A stretch of DNA of 64,000 nucleotides from Patescibacteria group bacterium. GTDB lineage: Bacteria; Patescibacteriota; Minisyncoccia; Phycocordibacterales; EsbW-18. Numbering within the stretch: position 1 is the first letter of the stretch; each line of letters begins with the position of its first letter. A model generated the notes under the pieces. That model was not told the DNA's origin, searched no databases, and was given only the letters and a program-made list of their open reading frames with translations. Positions 27,444 through 37,909 of this stretch are shown piece by piece. The position numbers and the translations under genes are program-made. The DNA lies in NCBI GenBank assembly GCA_038064475.1, contig JBBTTA010000001.1, positions 111,086 through 175,085 on the forward strand, written 5' to 3'.

Positions 27444-29153
27444 ATGGATATCCAAACACACGGTATATCAAGCACTGATTCTCCTACGCGAAACGTATGG
27501 GGTAATTCCACATTTCTTGAGCGCGTCCTTTTGCTTTGTCTCTCAGCTATTGTTGTTGTCAGCGGTTACATATTCTTTTCACACCTCACGACACGCCTAA
27601 CTCTTGAACAACCCTCACGCGGTGGTTCATTCACTGAGGGTATTGTCGGCACACCACGTTTTATCAATCCGCTCCTCGCACAATCACAAGCCGACCAAGA
27701 TTTGAGCATACTTTTGTTTTCGGGTTTGATGCGTGCTTTGCCTGACGGCACACTTGTTCCTGACCTCGCTCGTGACTTTACGGTGTCCGAAGACGGAACC
27801 CAGTACACATTCATGCTTGATAGAGATGCCGTTTTCCACGATGGCACAGCGATCACTGCCGATGACGTTGTCTTTACCATTACACGAGCACACGATCCAG
27901 CATTGCAAAGCCCTCAGGAAGACGTGTGGACGGGTATCGGTGTTGAAGCATTAAATGAGCGAACAGTCACCTTCACCCTGTCACGTGCATACGCATCATT
28001 CCTTGAAAACCTTACGATTGGTATTTTGCCCGCACACCTTTGGGAGAGCACGCCCCCTGAAGAGTTTTCCGCACACATTTTGAACACTGAACCTGTTGGT
28101 AGTGGTCCGTACAAACTAGCATCAGTGAAACGAAATACATCAGGTATTCCTACAAGCTACATCTTGAGTGCATTTAATGATTCAACACGCGGCCGACCAC
28201 ATATCAATGAAATCATTATTCGCATTTTTGGAAATGAAAAAGATGTCCTAAGTGCATTTCTCGATAATGATATCGACAGTCTTGATGGACTTGACCCGAT
28301 TGATGCAAAAACGCTTACAGACAACGGTGCCCTTGTCAGTCAATATGATCTTCCTCGGGTATTTGGTCTGTTCTTCAACCAAAATAAAAATGACACGCTC
28401 ACGAGCATTTCAGTTCGTCGTGCACTCAACGCCGCGATTGATAAAGAAGTAATCGTTGAGGAGGTACTCAACGGTTTTGGTGAAGCACTCTACTCGCCTC
28501 TTCCAACAAATCTCTTTGCCGCATCAACAACAAACGTTACTAACCATACAGAAGAGGCACGGGGTATTCTCGAACGCGCAGGGTTTGTACTGAATGAAGA
28601 GACAGGATTTTTTGAGGATGACGACATTCCACTCTCCGTTCATATCGCAACAGCAAATTCACCTGAACTTCGCACCGTCGCCGATATGGTAAAAGACGCG
28701 TGGGAGAAGGCTGGTATTGAAACAACAGTCGAACTTTTTGATATTGGCCAACTCCACCATGAGGTAATCCGCCCACGCTCGTACGATGTACTTTTGTTTG
28801 GTGAAGTGGTTGGCCGTGATGGCGATCTCTATCCATTTTGGCATTCATCACAACGCAACGACCCTGGGCTCAACGTTGCCCTCTATGCAAGCATTACCGC
28901 CGATGCTATACTCGAGGACATCAGAGCAACCCTTGATTCGGCTACGCGAGAGGAACTCTACACGTCCTTCGTGGACGAGATAGAGTCAGATGTGCCCGCG
29001 GTATTTCTGTATATGCCGCACCTTCTCTATGTTGCTCCAAAAAATGTGTCTGGTATGACTATTGGAGTCGTCCACACAGGAGCTGAAAGATTCTTGGATG
29101 TTCATGAATGGTATGTGCGTACTGAACGTGTTTGGAAATTCCTTTCACACTAA
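27444..29153 (+). CDS. OppA/DppA-family ABC substrate-binding protein
   Basis: PDLA, FHDG..ITADDVVFT, PVGSGPY and VRRAL..AID motifs. Confidence 0.9.
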   Translation: MDIQTHGISSTDSPTRNVWGNSTFLERVLLLCLSAIVVVSGYIFFSHLTTRLTLEQPSRGGSFTEGIVGTPRFINPLLAQSQADQDLSILLFSGLMRALPDGTLVPDLARDFTVSEDGTQYTFMLDRDAVFHDGTAITADDVVFTITRAHDPALQSPQEDVWTGIGVEALNERTVTFTLSRAYASFLENLTIGILPAHLWESTPPEEFSAHILNTEPVGSGPYKLASVKRNTSGIPTSYILSAFNDSTRGRPHINEIIIRIFGNEKDVLSAFLDNDIDSLDGLDPIDAKTLTDNGALVSQYDLPRVFGLFFNQNKNDTLTSISVRRALNAAIDKEVIVEEVLNGFGEALYSPLPTNLFAASTTNVTNHTEEARGILERAGFVLNEETGFFEDDDIPLSVHIATANSPELRTVADMVKDAWEKAGIETTVELFDIGQLHHEVIRPRSYDVLLFGEVVGRDGDLYPFWHSSQRNDPGLNVALYASITADAILEDIRATLDSATREELYTSFVDEIESDVPAVFLYMPHLLYVAPKNVSGMTIGVVHTGAERFLDVHEWYVRTERVWKFLSH

Positions 29154-29192
29154 TTTTTAATCGTTTATCTCTTTGCCGCAGTGCGGCACTCT

Positions 29193-31208
29193 ATGCAGAA
29201 AAGTACATCAGAGGGTTCTACAGAACGAACTCATTCATCACCCATCGGAGACAATCGTCCTCGCCGACGCCCCTTTAGCGCAACAGGCGGTAGCGGGCGT
29301 CCTCACTCAAGTCACGCAAGTCACACATCTTCCGCAGTTGGTGACCGTCGATCAACAAGCGACCCACGTGGAAGCGGTTCTCGTCCTACCGGCACTCGCC
29401 CAAGTGGCGGTCGTAGTGGTGGTTCGCGTATGGGTAGTGGCGGTCGTAGTGGTGGTCGTATGCGCCCTCCAAAGCACACACGTCAGAATCACATCGTGTC
29501 ATCAGTACCACGCCGAAGCAATGTTATTCCTCCTCCGGGAGAAGGCGTGCTTCGTGTGATTCCCCTCGGTGGTGTGGAAGAAATCGGAAAGAACATGACA
29601 GCGATCGAATATGGTGATGACATCATCATTATCGATGCGGGTTTTCAGTTCAGTGAAGTTGAAACTCCTGGTATCGACTACATTCTTCCCGATACTACCT
29701 ACCTCAAAGAACGCAAAGAAAAAATTCGTGCGCTTTTCATTACACACGGTCACTTTGACCACATCGGCGCAATTCCCTATCTCATGAATGACCTCGGCAA
29801 TCCACCGATTTACTCTCGTCAGTTCGGAGCTCTCTTGATACAAAAGCGTCAAGCAGAATTCCCTGACACACCACAACTAAATATTCGTGTTATCCGCGGT
29901 GATGAGAAAATTCAGATTGGTACAAACTTTGTTATTGGTACCTTCTCTATCTCACACGCAATTCCAGACTCAATGGGTCTTATTATCGACACACCACAAG
30001 GCACTATTGCGTTTATTGAAGACGTTCGTGTAGACCATGTCGATGGTGTTGCGACAGCTGGAGAAATCGATCACTACAAGGGTCTCAAAGAAAAGAAAGT
30101 ACTTCTCTTCACCCTCGACTCAACATCAATTGAAAAACCAGGGTTCTCAACTCCTGAATCAAAAGCTGTTGAAACAATTGAAAAGATTATGAAAGACGTT
30201 CCGGGACGTCTCATCATTGGAACATTTGCCTCACAAGTTGAACGTGTTATTCAGATTATCAATGCCGCAGATCACTACAATAAAAAAGTAGTCATTGATG
30301 GTCGCAGTATGAAGACAAACATTGAAATCGTAAAAGAGCTAAAGCTCTTGAAGCACGACAATATCGTTCCGATTGAAGAAATGGATAGCTACCCTCCAAA
30401 TAAAATTGTGGTCATGGCAACAGGTGCGCAGGGTGAGGAATATTCTGTATTCGATCGTATTGCAAACAAGTCACATAAATACATCACCCTCAACAAAAGC
30501 GATACAGTACTTTTCTCATCATCAGTTATTCCAGGAAATGAAACCGCAATCACACGTCTCATGGACAACTTGTATCGCCAAGATGCAAAAGTGATTACGT
30601 ACATGGATTCTCCTGTCCACGCATCAGGACACGGTAGTCGCGGTGAATTGGAATGGATTCACAAACAGATGAACTACAAATACTTCATGCCCGTCCATGG
30701 TTTTCACTACAAACTCCGCATGCATGCTGAACTCGCAGAAGGACTTGGCGTGAAGCGTGAAAACATCATCATTCCTGATAACGGTTCTATCATTGAATTT
30801 TCAAACAACGGTGACACCATGCATGTTCGTAAGGAAAAAGCATCAAATGAACGCATCATGGTTGACGGTTTCTCAATCGGAGGCCAACAAGAAGTGGTTG
30901 TTCGCGACCGTCAGACTCTTGCTGAACAAGGTATCTTCATGATTGTCGTATCAGTCAATCCAAAGACGGGTAAACTCCGTAAATCACCTGACATTATTTC
31001 TCGTGGTTTTGTCTACCTCAAAGAACAGCAAGAACTCATCAATGGTGCCCGCTCGCTCGTTGCAAAAACGGTTGAACACACAACAAAAGGGATGCAACCG
31101 ATCAACTTTGATATCGTAAAGAACGTTGTAACTGACGAAGTACGTCGCTTCCTCTTCCAGAAGACAGCCAAGTCTCCCATCGTCATTCCTGTCGTCATCG
31201 GGGTATAA
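29193..31208 (+). CDS. rnj: ribonuclease J with long low-complexity N-terminus
   Basis: IPLGGVEEIGKNM, THGHFDHIG, HASGHG and PDIISRGFVY motifs. Confidence 0.95.
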   Translation: MQKSTSEGSTERTHSSPIGDNRPRRRPFSATGGSGRPHSSHASHTSSAVGDRRSTSDPRGSGSRPTGTRPSGGRSGGSRMGSGGRSGGRMRPPKHTRQNHIVSSVPRRSNVIPPPGEGVLRVIPLGGVEEIGKNMTAIEYGDDIIIIDAGFQFSEVETPGIDYILPDTTYLKERKEKIRALFITHGHFDHIGAIPYLMNDLGNPPIYSRQFGALLIQKRQAEFPDTPQLNIRVIRGDEKIQIGTNFVIGTFSISHAIPDSMGLIIDTPQGTIAFIEDVRVDHVDGVATAGEIDHYKGLKEKKVLLFTLDSTSIEKPGFSTPESKAVETIEKIMKDVPGRLIIGTFASQVERVIQIINAADHYNKKVVIDGRSMKTNIEIVKELKLLKHDNIVPIEEMDSYPPNKIVVMATGAQGEEYSVFDRIANKSHKYITLNKSDTVLFSSSVIPGNETAITRLMDNLYRQDAKVITYMDSPVHASGHGSRGELEWIHKQMNYKYFMPVHGFHYKLRMHAELAEGLGVKRENIIIPDNGSIIEFSNNGDTMHVRKEKASNERIMVDGFSIGGQQEVVVRDRQTLAEQGIFMIVVSVNPKTGKLRKSPDIISRGFVYLKEQQELINGARSLVAKTVEHTTKGMQPINFDIVKNVVTDEVRRFLFQKTAKSPIVIPVVIGV

Positions 31209-31217
31209 TAGAACCCT

Positions 31218-32375
31218 ATGCAACCGAAGCATCTTCGCCGAATCACGTATGCGTTCGCGTTTTTTGTGACACTTCATGTAGCGCTCATCACCTACATCAA
31301 TTCGAATGCCCTCGCCCGCATTGTAGGACAAAATCATGTGGATATAGTGTATACGGGAGGATTTTTGATTGCCCTTGTCTTTCTTCTCGTCTTGCCACGC
31401 CTCCTTCGAAATAACGGGGATGTAAGAACGACACTTGCACTCATAGTGCTTCAGATAGGTACACTGTGTGGACTTGCGTTCTTCCCCGCTTCCCCACTAT
31501 TTGTCTTTTTTTTCCTGATACAACTCATTATTCCACCTCTTTTGTATCTCGATATCGATGTCTTCCTCGAACATGCAACGAAAGACGAAACCACAGGAAG
31601 AACCCGCGGGGCATTTCTCACGTTTCTTAATGTCGCATTCCTCATTTCACCTCTCATCACGGGATTTGTACTCGGTCAGGGAGAAGTGTATTCATTGGTA
31701 TATCTTCTTTCGGCAGGAGTACTCCTTCCTGCGCTTGCCCTTATTCTAGTTGCATTCAAACATTTTAAAGACCCCCCCTATCGCCACATAGAGATTGTCG
31801 ATGGTATTCGTAAGGTCGTGGCTTCAAAAAACCTTCGAGGTATATTCATTTCAAATTTCCTGTTGCGCTGTTTCTTCGCAGTCATGACTATCTTCATGCC
31901 ACTCTATCTTCACAGCGAGCTCCAGTTGCCGTGGATTACGATTGGAGGCCTCTTTACCGTAATGCTTCTTCCTTTTGTCTTGTTTGAGTATCCCCTTGGA
32001 CGCCTTGCCGATACACGTTTTGGCGAGAAGGAAATCCTTGCGTGTGGATTCTTTGTTATGGCATCTGCAACCGCACTCATCCCCTTTATTCCTGCTTCTG
32101 CACTCGTGCTCCTGAGCATAACGCTCTTCATGACGCGTGTCGGTGCAAGTGCTCTTGAGAGTATGAATGATACGTTTTTTTTCAAACATGTCAGCGAGAC
32201 GGACACAGAAACGATTGCCCTGTTCCGTATGTTTGAGCCACTCTCCTACATCATTGCGCCGCTTTTGGCTGGACTTGTCCTCGTTTTCATTGATATCCGC
32301 TTTATTTTCCTTGTTCTCGGTGCTGTAATGACTCTTGGCATACCTGTTGCACTCGGTCTTCGTGATACTCGCTAG
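31218..32375 (+). CDS. MFS transporter
   Basis: About 12 TM segments, GRLADTRFGEK. Confidence 0.85.
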   Translation: MQPKHLRRITYAFAFFVTLHVALITYINSNALARIVGQNHVDIVYTGGFLIALVFLLVLPRLLRNNGDVRTTLALIVLQIGTLCGLAFFPASPLFVFFFLIQLIIPPLLYLDIDVFLEHATKDETTGRTRGAFLTFLNVAFLISPLITGFVLGQGEVYSLVYLLSAGVLLPALALILVAFKHFKDPPYRHIEIVDGIRKVVASKNLRGIFISNFLLRCFFAVMTIFMPLYLHSELQLPWITIGGLFTVMLLPFVLFEYPLGRLADTRFGEKEILACGFFVMASATALIPFIPASALVLLSITLFMTRVGASALESMNDTFFFKHVSETDTETIALFRMFEPLSYIIAPLLAGLVLVFIDIRFIFLVLGAVMTLGIPVALGLRDTR

Positions 32376-32435
32376 TTGTACACGGAAGAATATGTTCGGT
32401 ACAATAGTGGGGCTTATTGAATGGTAATTTTTCTC

Positions 32436-32720
32436 ATGGATCACAACGCACAAAAACAAGTCACGATTTACTCAACACCAACATGTCATTTTTGTCACAT
32501 GGCAAAAGACTATTTTGGAGCACACAACATCGCCTTCACTGATTACAATGTTGGCGAAAATATGGAAAAGCGAGCTGAAATGGTCGCAAAAAGCGGACAA
32601 CTAGGCGTGCCTGTTATTGTGGTGACTGATCCAGACATTCCCGAAGGAGGAGAAGGACGCGACCATATCGTGATTGGATTTGACGAAGAGTATCTTGCAA
32701 ATCTTCTCGGAACAAATTAA
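32436..32720 (+). CDS. glutaredoxin/NrdH-like redoxin
   Basis: YSTPTCHFC, SGQLGVPVI and IGFD motifs. Confidence 0.9.
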   Translation: MDHNAQKQVTIYSTPTCHFCHMAKDYFGAHNIAFTDYNVGENMEKRAEMVAKSGQLGVPVIVVTDPDIPEGGEGRDHIVIGFDEEYLANLLGTN

Positions 32721-32746
32721 AAAAGAGGCCAGAGGCCTCTTTTTTG
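32719..32746. terminator. bidirectional intrinsic terminator
   Basis: A-run-GAGGCC-AGA-GGCCTC-T-run between convergent genes. Confidence 0.75.
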
Positions 32747-32757
32747 TTACAGAACCT

Positions 32758-33642
32758 CTATTGCAGTGGCAAGATTCGTGCGAGTGACTCCACACGACCG
32801 GTGTACACCAGTGTTGGAATACCAAGAAAACAATCGTTCTTCACATCGATCGCCGCGCCACCAGAATTTCCTCTCTCGATTTTGGCTGATGTGATGTAGT
32901 GGTCCGTATCAATTCCAGAAATAATTCCTTCCGTTGCAGTGATTGATTCTTTTGAACCAATTCCTGGATAACCGAGGATGACAACGCTATCCCCAATCAC
33001 AGGGCGTTCGGTACACACTTTCCACGGCAACACACCAAGTGTGGCTTCAGGTACAGGTGCTTCTGCAATATCTTTTCCTTCTTCGAGCACTATATCGTCC
33101 CCATCGATTTCGTACTCAGTATCATTATCAAAACGCTTCAGAAGACATTCCTCTGCCCTAATCACTTCTTCAGTCACCACATGTTTGTTCGTCATCATAC
33201 GAACCCCCGTTTCTTCGCGTATAAGCGTTGCTGACCCTCGTCCCGTTCTATCAACACCCTCTGCATCTTCAAACTGACATTCGACGACATACACATACGG
33301 GCTCCACGATGCAACAAGTCCTGCAATATTCGAGTCATCTTTAAGTGTTGTTAGGTTTTCTGAGAGAGCACCAAGCTCATCGGCAAGTTTCTTCGCCTCT
33401 GCGTCACGAAGTGCGGCGCTTTCTCCCATCTCCTCAAAGACAGTACGGAGTATATCTGTGTCCCCCGCAACTCCTGCAATCTCCTCTGATAAAGCCCCAA
33501 AGCGGTCGCTTATATTTTGAGAAAGGGCACGCTGTGCGCGGTATAAAGAAATAACACCGTAGCCCAACGCGATTGAAACAAGGAGCAAAAAAGCGCACAC
33601 ACTCGCAAGAATCAACATATTCTGTTTCGTAAGCACACGCAT
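32758..33642 (-). CDS. membrane-anchored trypsin-like serine protease
   Basis: TNKHV, DIA, LGYP and GNSGG motifs. Confidence 0.88.
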   Translation of the reverse strand: MRVLTKQNMLILASVCAFLLLVSIALGYGVISLYRAQRALSQNISDRFGALSEEIAGVAGDTDILRTVFEEMGESAALRDAEAKKLADELGALSENLTTLKDDSNIAGLVASWSPYVYVVECQFEDAEGVDRTGRGSATLIREETGVRMMTNKHVVTEEVIRAEECLLKRFDNDTEYEIDGDDIVLEEGKDIAEAPVPEATLGVLPWKVCTERPVIGDSVVILGYPGIGSKESITATEGIISGIDTDHYITSAKIERGNSGGAAIDVKNDCFLGIPTLVYTGRVESLARILPLQ

Positions 33643-33674
33643 AGCAACTATGATACCACAGCGTATATGAGGTT

Positions 33675-35465
33675 TTAGATGGCTCCTTCGCGTCGTGCTT
33701 TTGAGCGATCGTTTTCTGTCAAATATTGTTTTCGCAAACGAACGCTTTTTGGTGTAACCTCGAGAAACTCATCTTCTGCCATCCATTCAAGACCTCGTTC
33801 GATTGAAAGTATCATCGGTGGTACCAAATTCAACGCTTCGTCAGTTCCTGATGCGCGAACATTTGTGAGTTGTTTCCCCTTTGTTGGATTCGCCATCATC
33901 TCATCTCCCTTTGCTGTGTTACCAATAACCATACCTTCATACACTTCAGTTGCAGGGCCAATGTAGAGCGTGCCGCGATCCTGAAGGCCCCAGAGTGAGA
34001 AGCCGAGTGACTTACCTCCTGCCATAGAAATCATAGAACCGACAATGCGCTTTTTAATTTCTCCCGCCCATGGACGAAAGGCAATAAAACGTGAGGCAAG
34101 AATTCCCTCTCCACGCGTATCAACAACGAACTGGTTTCGATAGCCAAGCAAACCGCGTGTTGGACCTTCAAAAATAATGCGAACGTGCATGTCATGAACG
34201 TGCATGTTCTGCATGACAAAGCCACGCACACTAAGTCGTTCAATAATCGATCCCTGAAATTCAATAGGCGTATCAATAACGAGTTCTTCAAACGGTTCCA
34301 TCTTTACACCATTCTCTTCTTTGATGATAACTTTTGGCTGAGATACCTGAAGTTCAAATCCTTCACGACGCATAATATCGATAAGAACGGCAATGTGGAG
34401 TTCACCACGTCCGTAGACTTCAAACACATCTGGTTTTGGAAATTCAACGCGAAGCCCAACGTTCACTTCAAGCTCGCGCTCCAAACGCTCTCGGACTTGT
34501 CGCGACGTAACAAATTTTCCCTCTTTACCGGCAAAAGGCGAATTGTTCACGAGGAAGTTCAAAACGATTGTTGGTTCGTCAATTGCAATCGCAGGCAAGG
34601 GTGTTATTTCAGGATCCGATGTTACTGTTTCTCCAATGTAAATATCTGGTAGCCCTGCGATAAGCACGATGTCACCTGCACCTGCAGATGAAACATCAAT
34701 ACGTTCAAGTCCTTTAAAATTAAAAATCTTCGTAATTTTCCCTGTGCGCGCTTCCCCATTAGGCTTTTTTACCGTTACTGACTGACCAGCCGATACCGTG
34801 CCTTGATAAATTCTCCCAACAGCCATTCGTCCAAGAAAATTGTCGTATGCGAGATTGAATGGCTGAAGTGTAAATGGTCCATCAGTTCCTTCAGATGTTG
34901 GTTTAACATGTTCCAAAACAACATCAAGGAGTGGCATCAAATCTTTTGTCTCATCCTCTATGTTTCGTTTTGCAATACCATCACGTCCAATCGCATACAC
35001 AACAGGGAAATCAAGCTGTGCGTCGTTTGCTCCCAATTCCATAAAAAGCTCAAGGACCAAATCAACAGCATGTTTTGGATTTGCCGCAGGCTTATCAATT
35101 TTGTTGATGACGACAATTGGTTTCAAACCAAGCTCGAGTGACTTCTTCAAAACGAAACGTGTCTGTGGCATTGGTCCTTCCTGTGCGTCAACAACGAGGA
35201 GCACTGAATCAATTGAACGGAGTACGCGCTCTACTTCAGAACCGAAATCAGCATGTCCTGGTGTGTCCACAATATTGATACGTGTTCCTTTGTACTCAAC
35301 TGAACAGTTTTTTGCATAAATGGTAATACCACGCTCTTGTTCAAGCGTATTGGAGTCCATTGAGAAGCCTTCTTCCATTGCACCCGTCTGACGCAAAAGA
35401 GCGTCGGTAAGTGTCGTCTTACCGTGGTCCACGTGTGCAATGATGGCTATGTTTCGTATTTCCAT
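33675..35465 (-). CDS. typA: translational GTPase TypA/BipA
   Basis: [30 protein letters not shown] and [11 protein letters not shown] motifs. Confidence 0.97.
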   Translation of the reverse strand: MEIRNIAIIAHVDHGKTTLTDALLRQTGAMEEGFSMDSNTLEQERGITIYAKNCSVEYKGTRINIVDTPGHADFGSEVERVLRSIDSVLLVVDAQEGPMPQTRFVLKKSLELGLKPIVVINKIDKPAANPKHAVDLVLELFMELGANDAQLDFPVVYAIGRDGIAKRNIEDETKDLMPLLDVVLEHVKPTSEGTDGPFTLQPFNLAYDNFLGRMAVGRIYQGTVSAGQSVTVKKPNGEARTGKITKIFNFKGLERIDVSSAGAGDIVLIAGLPDIYIGETVTSDPEITPLPAIAIDEPTIVLNFLVNNSPFAGKEGKFVTSRQVRERLERELEVNVGLRVEFPKPDVFEVYGRGELHIAVLIDIMRREGFELQVSQPKVIIKEENGVKMEPFEELVIDTPIEFQGSIIERLSVRGFVMQNMHVHDMHVRIIFEGPTRGLLGYRNQFVVDTRGEGILASRFIAFRPWAGEIKKRIVGSMISMAGGKSLGFSLWGLQDRGTLYIGPATEVYEGMVIGNTAKGDEMMANPTKGKQLTNVRASGTDEALNLVPPMILSIERGLEWMAEDEFLEVTPKSVRLRKQYLTENDRSKARREGAI

Positions 35466-35575
35466 CCCGTTAGAAGTAGGCCGCGGCAAAGCCACTTTCT
35501 ACCTGATTATTTTGTAATTGCTTTGTTTTCATTTTTGTACCTATCTATATCTATTGGCCGCGACTTCTAACGGGA
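35466..35575. mobile_element. 110-bp MITE inserted at the typA start codon
   Basis: TIR CCCGTTAGAAGT/ACTTCTAACGGG; TCCAT duplicated at 35461-35465 and 35576-35580. Confidence 0.8.
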
Positions 35576-35612
35576 TCCATAACAAAAGTAAAACGCCCTT
35601 CGTCAAAAGATG

Positions 35613-36866
35613 TTAACGTCGGTTTCGATTGTACGGCAGCTCGATAAACGTGAGTGCCTTACCTGCCTTTCCTGCGCGACCTGTTCGTCCAATACGGTGA
35701 ATGTAGTCTTCGTACGTTCCCGGCAAATCATAGTTAATAACGTGCGACACGTCGGCAATGTCGAGTCCTCGTGCGGCAACGTCCGTTGCCACAAGAATCG
35801 TCACGTGATTCTTTTTAAACTGTGTGAGTGCGCGCTGACGCTTTGCATGGTTCTTATCACCGTGAATAGATTCTGCCAAAAAACCATGTTTGATGAGATC
35901 TTTTGAAAGTGCTTCAACACCGTGCTTCGTGCGTCCAAAAATAAGCACTTTGTGAAAGCCCTCACCACGCAATACTTCAACAAGCTTCTCAAGCTTTCGC
36001 TCACCTTCTTTAAGACGGACAACGTCCTGATCAACGTTCTTTGCGGTGTCGCGTGTCTTCACCGATACCGTCACAGGATCTTTGAGGAATTGTGAAATGA
36101 GCGCAGTTATTTCTGGTGACATTGTCGCAGAGAAAAAGAGTGTGTGACGATCCTTTGGTGTTTTCGCCATCATGAACTTCACGTCCCCAATGAACCCCAT
36201 GTCGAGCATACGGTCTGCTTCGTCCAATACAACGCTTTGAAATCCCGAGAGATCAAGGTATCCGTGTTCAATCATATCCTTAAGACGTCCTGGTGTGCCG
36301 ATCACAACATGTGGGCGACGACGAAGTGCAATCAACTGTGGACGCATGGGTGCACCACCGACAATACATGCGGAATAAATATTGGTACCACGTGTAAATC
36401 CCCTGAGCTCCTCCTCAATTTGAATTGCGAGTTCGCGTGTTGGTACGATAACAAGCGCGCTTTGGTTACGCGTTGTAAATATTTTGTGAAGAAGGGGAAT
36501 AAGAAATGCTGCTGTCTTCCCTGTTCCTGTGTTTGCAATACCAACAACATCTTTTCCTTCGAGAATGTAAGGAATTGATTGATCCTGAATTGGTGTTGGG
36601 ATTGTGTAACCTTTTTTTTCAATCGCAGTCTTAATGCGCTCATCAATAACAAAATCATTAAATGAGTGCTTTGGCGCGATGACTTCTGCTTCTTCAATCA
36701 CTGACACTTTGTACACGAATTTTGATACGTCACTAAACGTTTGATCTTTGAATCGATTATGACCACTTTTTGGTGCACCAAATCGACGACCTCCTCCTCT
36801 AAAAGGTGGGCGCGTTGAACGTTGAAAACGGTTTTTGCCGCCTTGTGGGCGATGCTTTGTATACAT
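35613..36866 (-). CDS. DEAD-box RNA helicase
   Basis: Q motif, ANTGTGKT, PTRELA, DEAD, SAT, ARGLD and HRIGRTGRAG. Confidence 0.96.
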   Translation of the reverse strand: MYTKHRPQGGKNRFQRSTRPPFRGGGRRFGAPKSGHNRFKDQTFSDVSKFVYKVSVIEEAEVIAPKHSFNDFVIDERIKTAIEKKGYTIPTPIQDQSIPYILEGKDVVGIANTGTGKTAAFLIPLLHKIFTTRNQSALVIVPTRELAIQIEEELRGFTRGTNIYSACIVGGAPMRPQLIALRRRPHVVIGTPGRLKDMIEHGYLDLSGFQSVVLDEADRMLDMGFIGDVKFMMAKTPKDRHTLFFSATMSPEITALISQFLKDPVTVSVKTRDTAKNVDQDVVRLKEGERKLEKLVEVLRGEGFHKVLIFGRTKHGVEALSKDLIKHGFLAESIHGDKNHAKRQRALTQFKKNHVTILVATDVAARGLDIADVSHVINYDLPGTYEDYIHRIGRTGRAGKAGKALTFIELPYNRNRR

Positions 36867-37042
36867 ACGAAACTGATTTGACCTTTATGTGTCTGTAAGA
36901 CGGTCAAAATTCTCGTCAGTTTCGTTGTCGTTTCACTAAACTGGAAACGTATATCTCGTGCTTATTCGCACAAAGCCTGTTGGCAGAAACCTAGGAGAAA
37001 ACCTTACGTGAGAATAATAAACTATCTGAGACAGTATGTCAA
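36867..37042 (-). promoter_or_regulatory. promoter and long structured 5' UTR of the helicase
   Basis: TTGACA-17-TATTAT (37042..37014); stems 36867-36876/36916-36925 and 36877-36883/36902-36908 abut the ATG. Confidence 0.65.
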
Positions 37043-37224
37043 CCCCGCGTAAAGTAAGTTCAACAAGTAAGTGCCCCCTCTTTCCTACTTTTGGAGGCTA
37101 AGCCTCCAAATGATTAGACCCTCCGGTTTATGGGGTCAGACCGCATTTATCGCTCACCTCAAACATGCAAAGCCGCGTCTACCGAAGGCAGACGCGGCTC
37201 GACTCGATACCTGAAGTGTTTTTT

Positions 37225-37812
37225 CTACAGAAGACCATCAACAAAGTCTTCGACTTTGTTTTGATATCCAGCCTCACAGGCTTCCTTTGCCCATAAAAGA
37301 CCATCAGAGCCTGATTCCCTTGCAACGCGGCGCATAACATTCTTAAACACTGTTGAGCCCGGTTTTATGTTAAGCCCGTCCTTCAAGTACTTTTGAGCGC
37401 GGGCGGGAGCGGCCTCACACGTCACGTTGACTTGTATTTCTTCAAGTATAACGTCGACTGCATCTTCCGTGCTTGTAGCAATTTGTCCCGTGGTGCCGTG
37501 ACGCGCTGTCACGTAGAGCGTGTACGTTCCAGGGCCAACAACGTTCCACGGTAACGTGTAGGGTGATGTTGTGCCAACCATCAAAGGAAATGGATCGGCA
37601 TTAACCACCTCACTTACACCATTTACCCACAACGTAAGACTCTTCACCGATGCAATCGGACTATGCTCCACAACTCCTGTGACGTTATACGTTTGTGGGA
37701 ACGAATCAAACGTCAACGTCGGAACGGGATCAAGACTTACAATCGGTGTATGTGCGTGAACAACACCGACACTCAAGAACGCTAGAGCCAAACTCGCCAA
37801 TACAATTTTCAT
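37225..37812 (-). CDS. secreted hypothetical protein, Ig-like beta domain
   Basis: Signal peptide VHA-H, W.V..PGTYTLYVTA pattern. Confidence 0.7.
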   Translation of the reverse strand: MKIVLASLALAFLSVGVVHAHTPIVSLDPVPTLTFDSFPQTYNVTGVVEHSPIASVKSLTLWVNGVSEVVNADPFPLMVGTTSPYTLPWNVVGPGTYTLYVTARHGTTGQIATSTEDAVDVILEEIQVNVTCEAAPARAQKYLKDGLNIKPGSTVFKNVMRRVARESGSDGLLWAKEACEAGYQNKVEDFVDGLL

Positions 37813-37871
37813 ACACAATATTTTTAAACTACTAATGCGCGCATAATACACATGAGTGCTCAAATTTATTT

Positions 37872-37909
37872 AAAGAAAAACCTCGACTGTATGTCGAGGT
37901 TTTTCTTTT
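37872..37909. terminator. intrinsic terminator
   Basis: AGAAAAACCTCGAC-TGTAT-GTCGAGGTTTTTCT. Confidence 0.75.
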
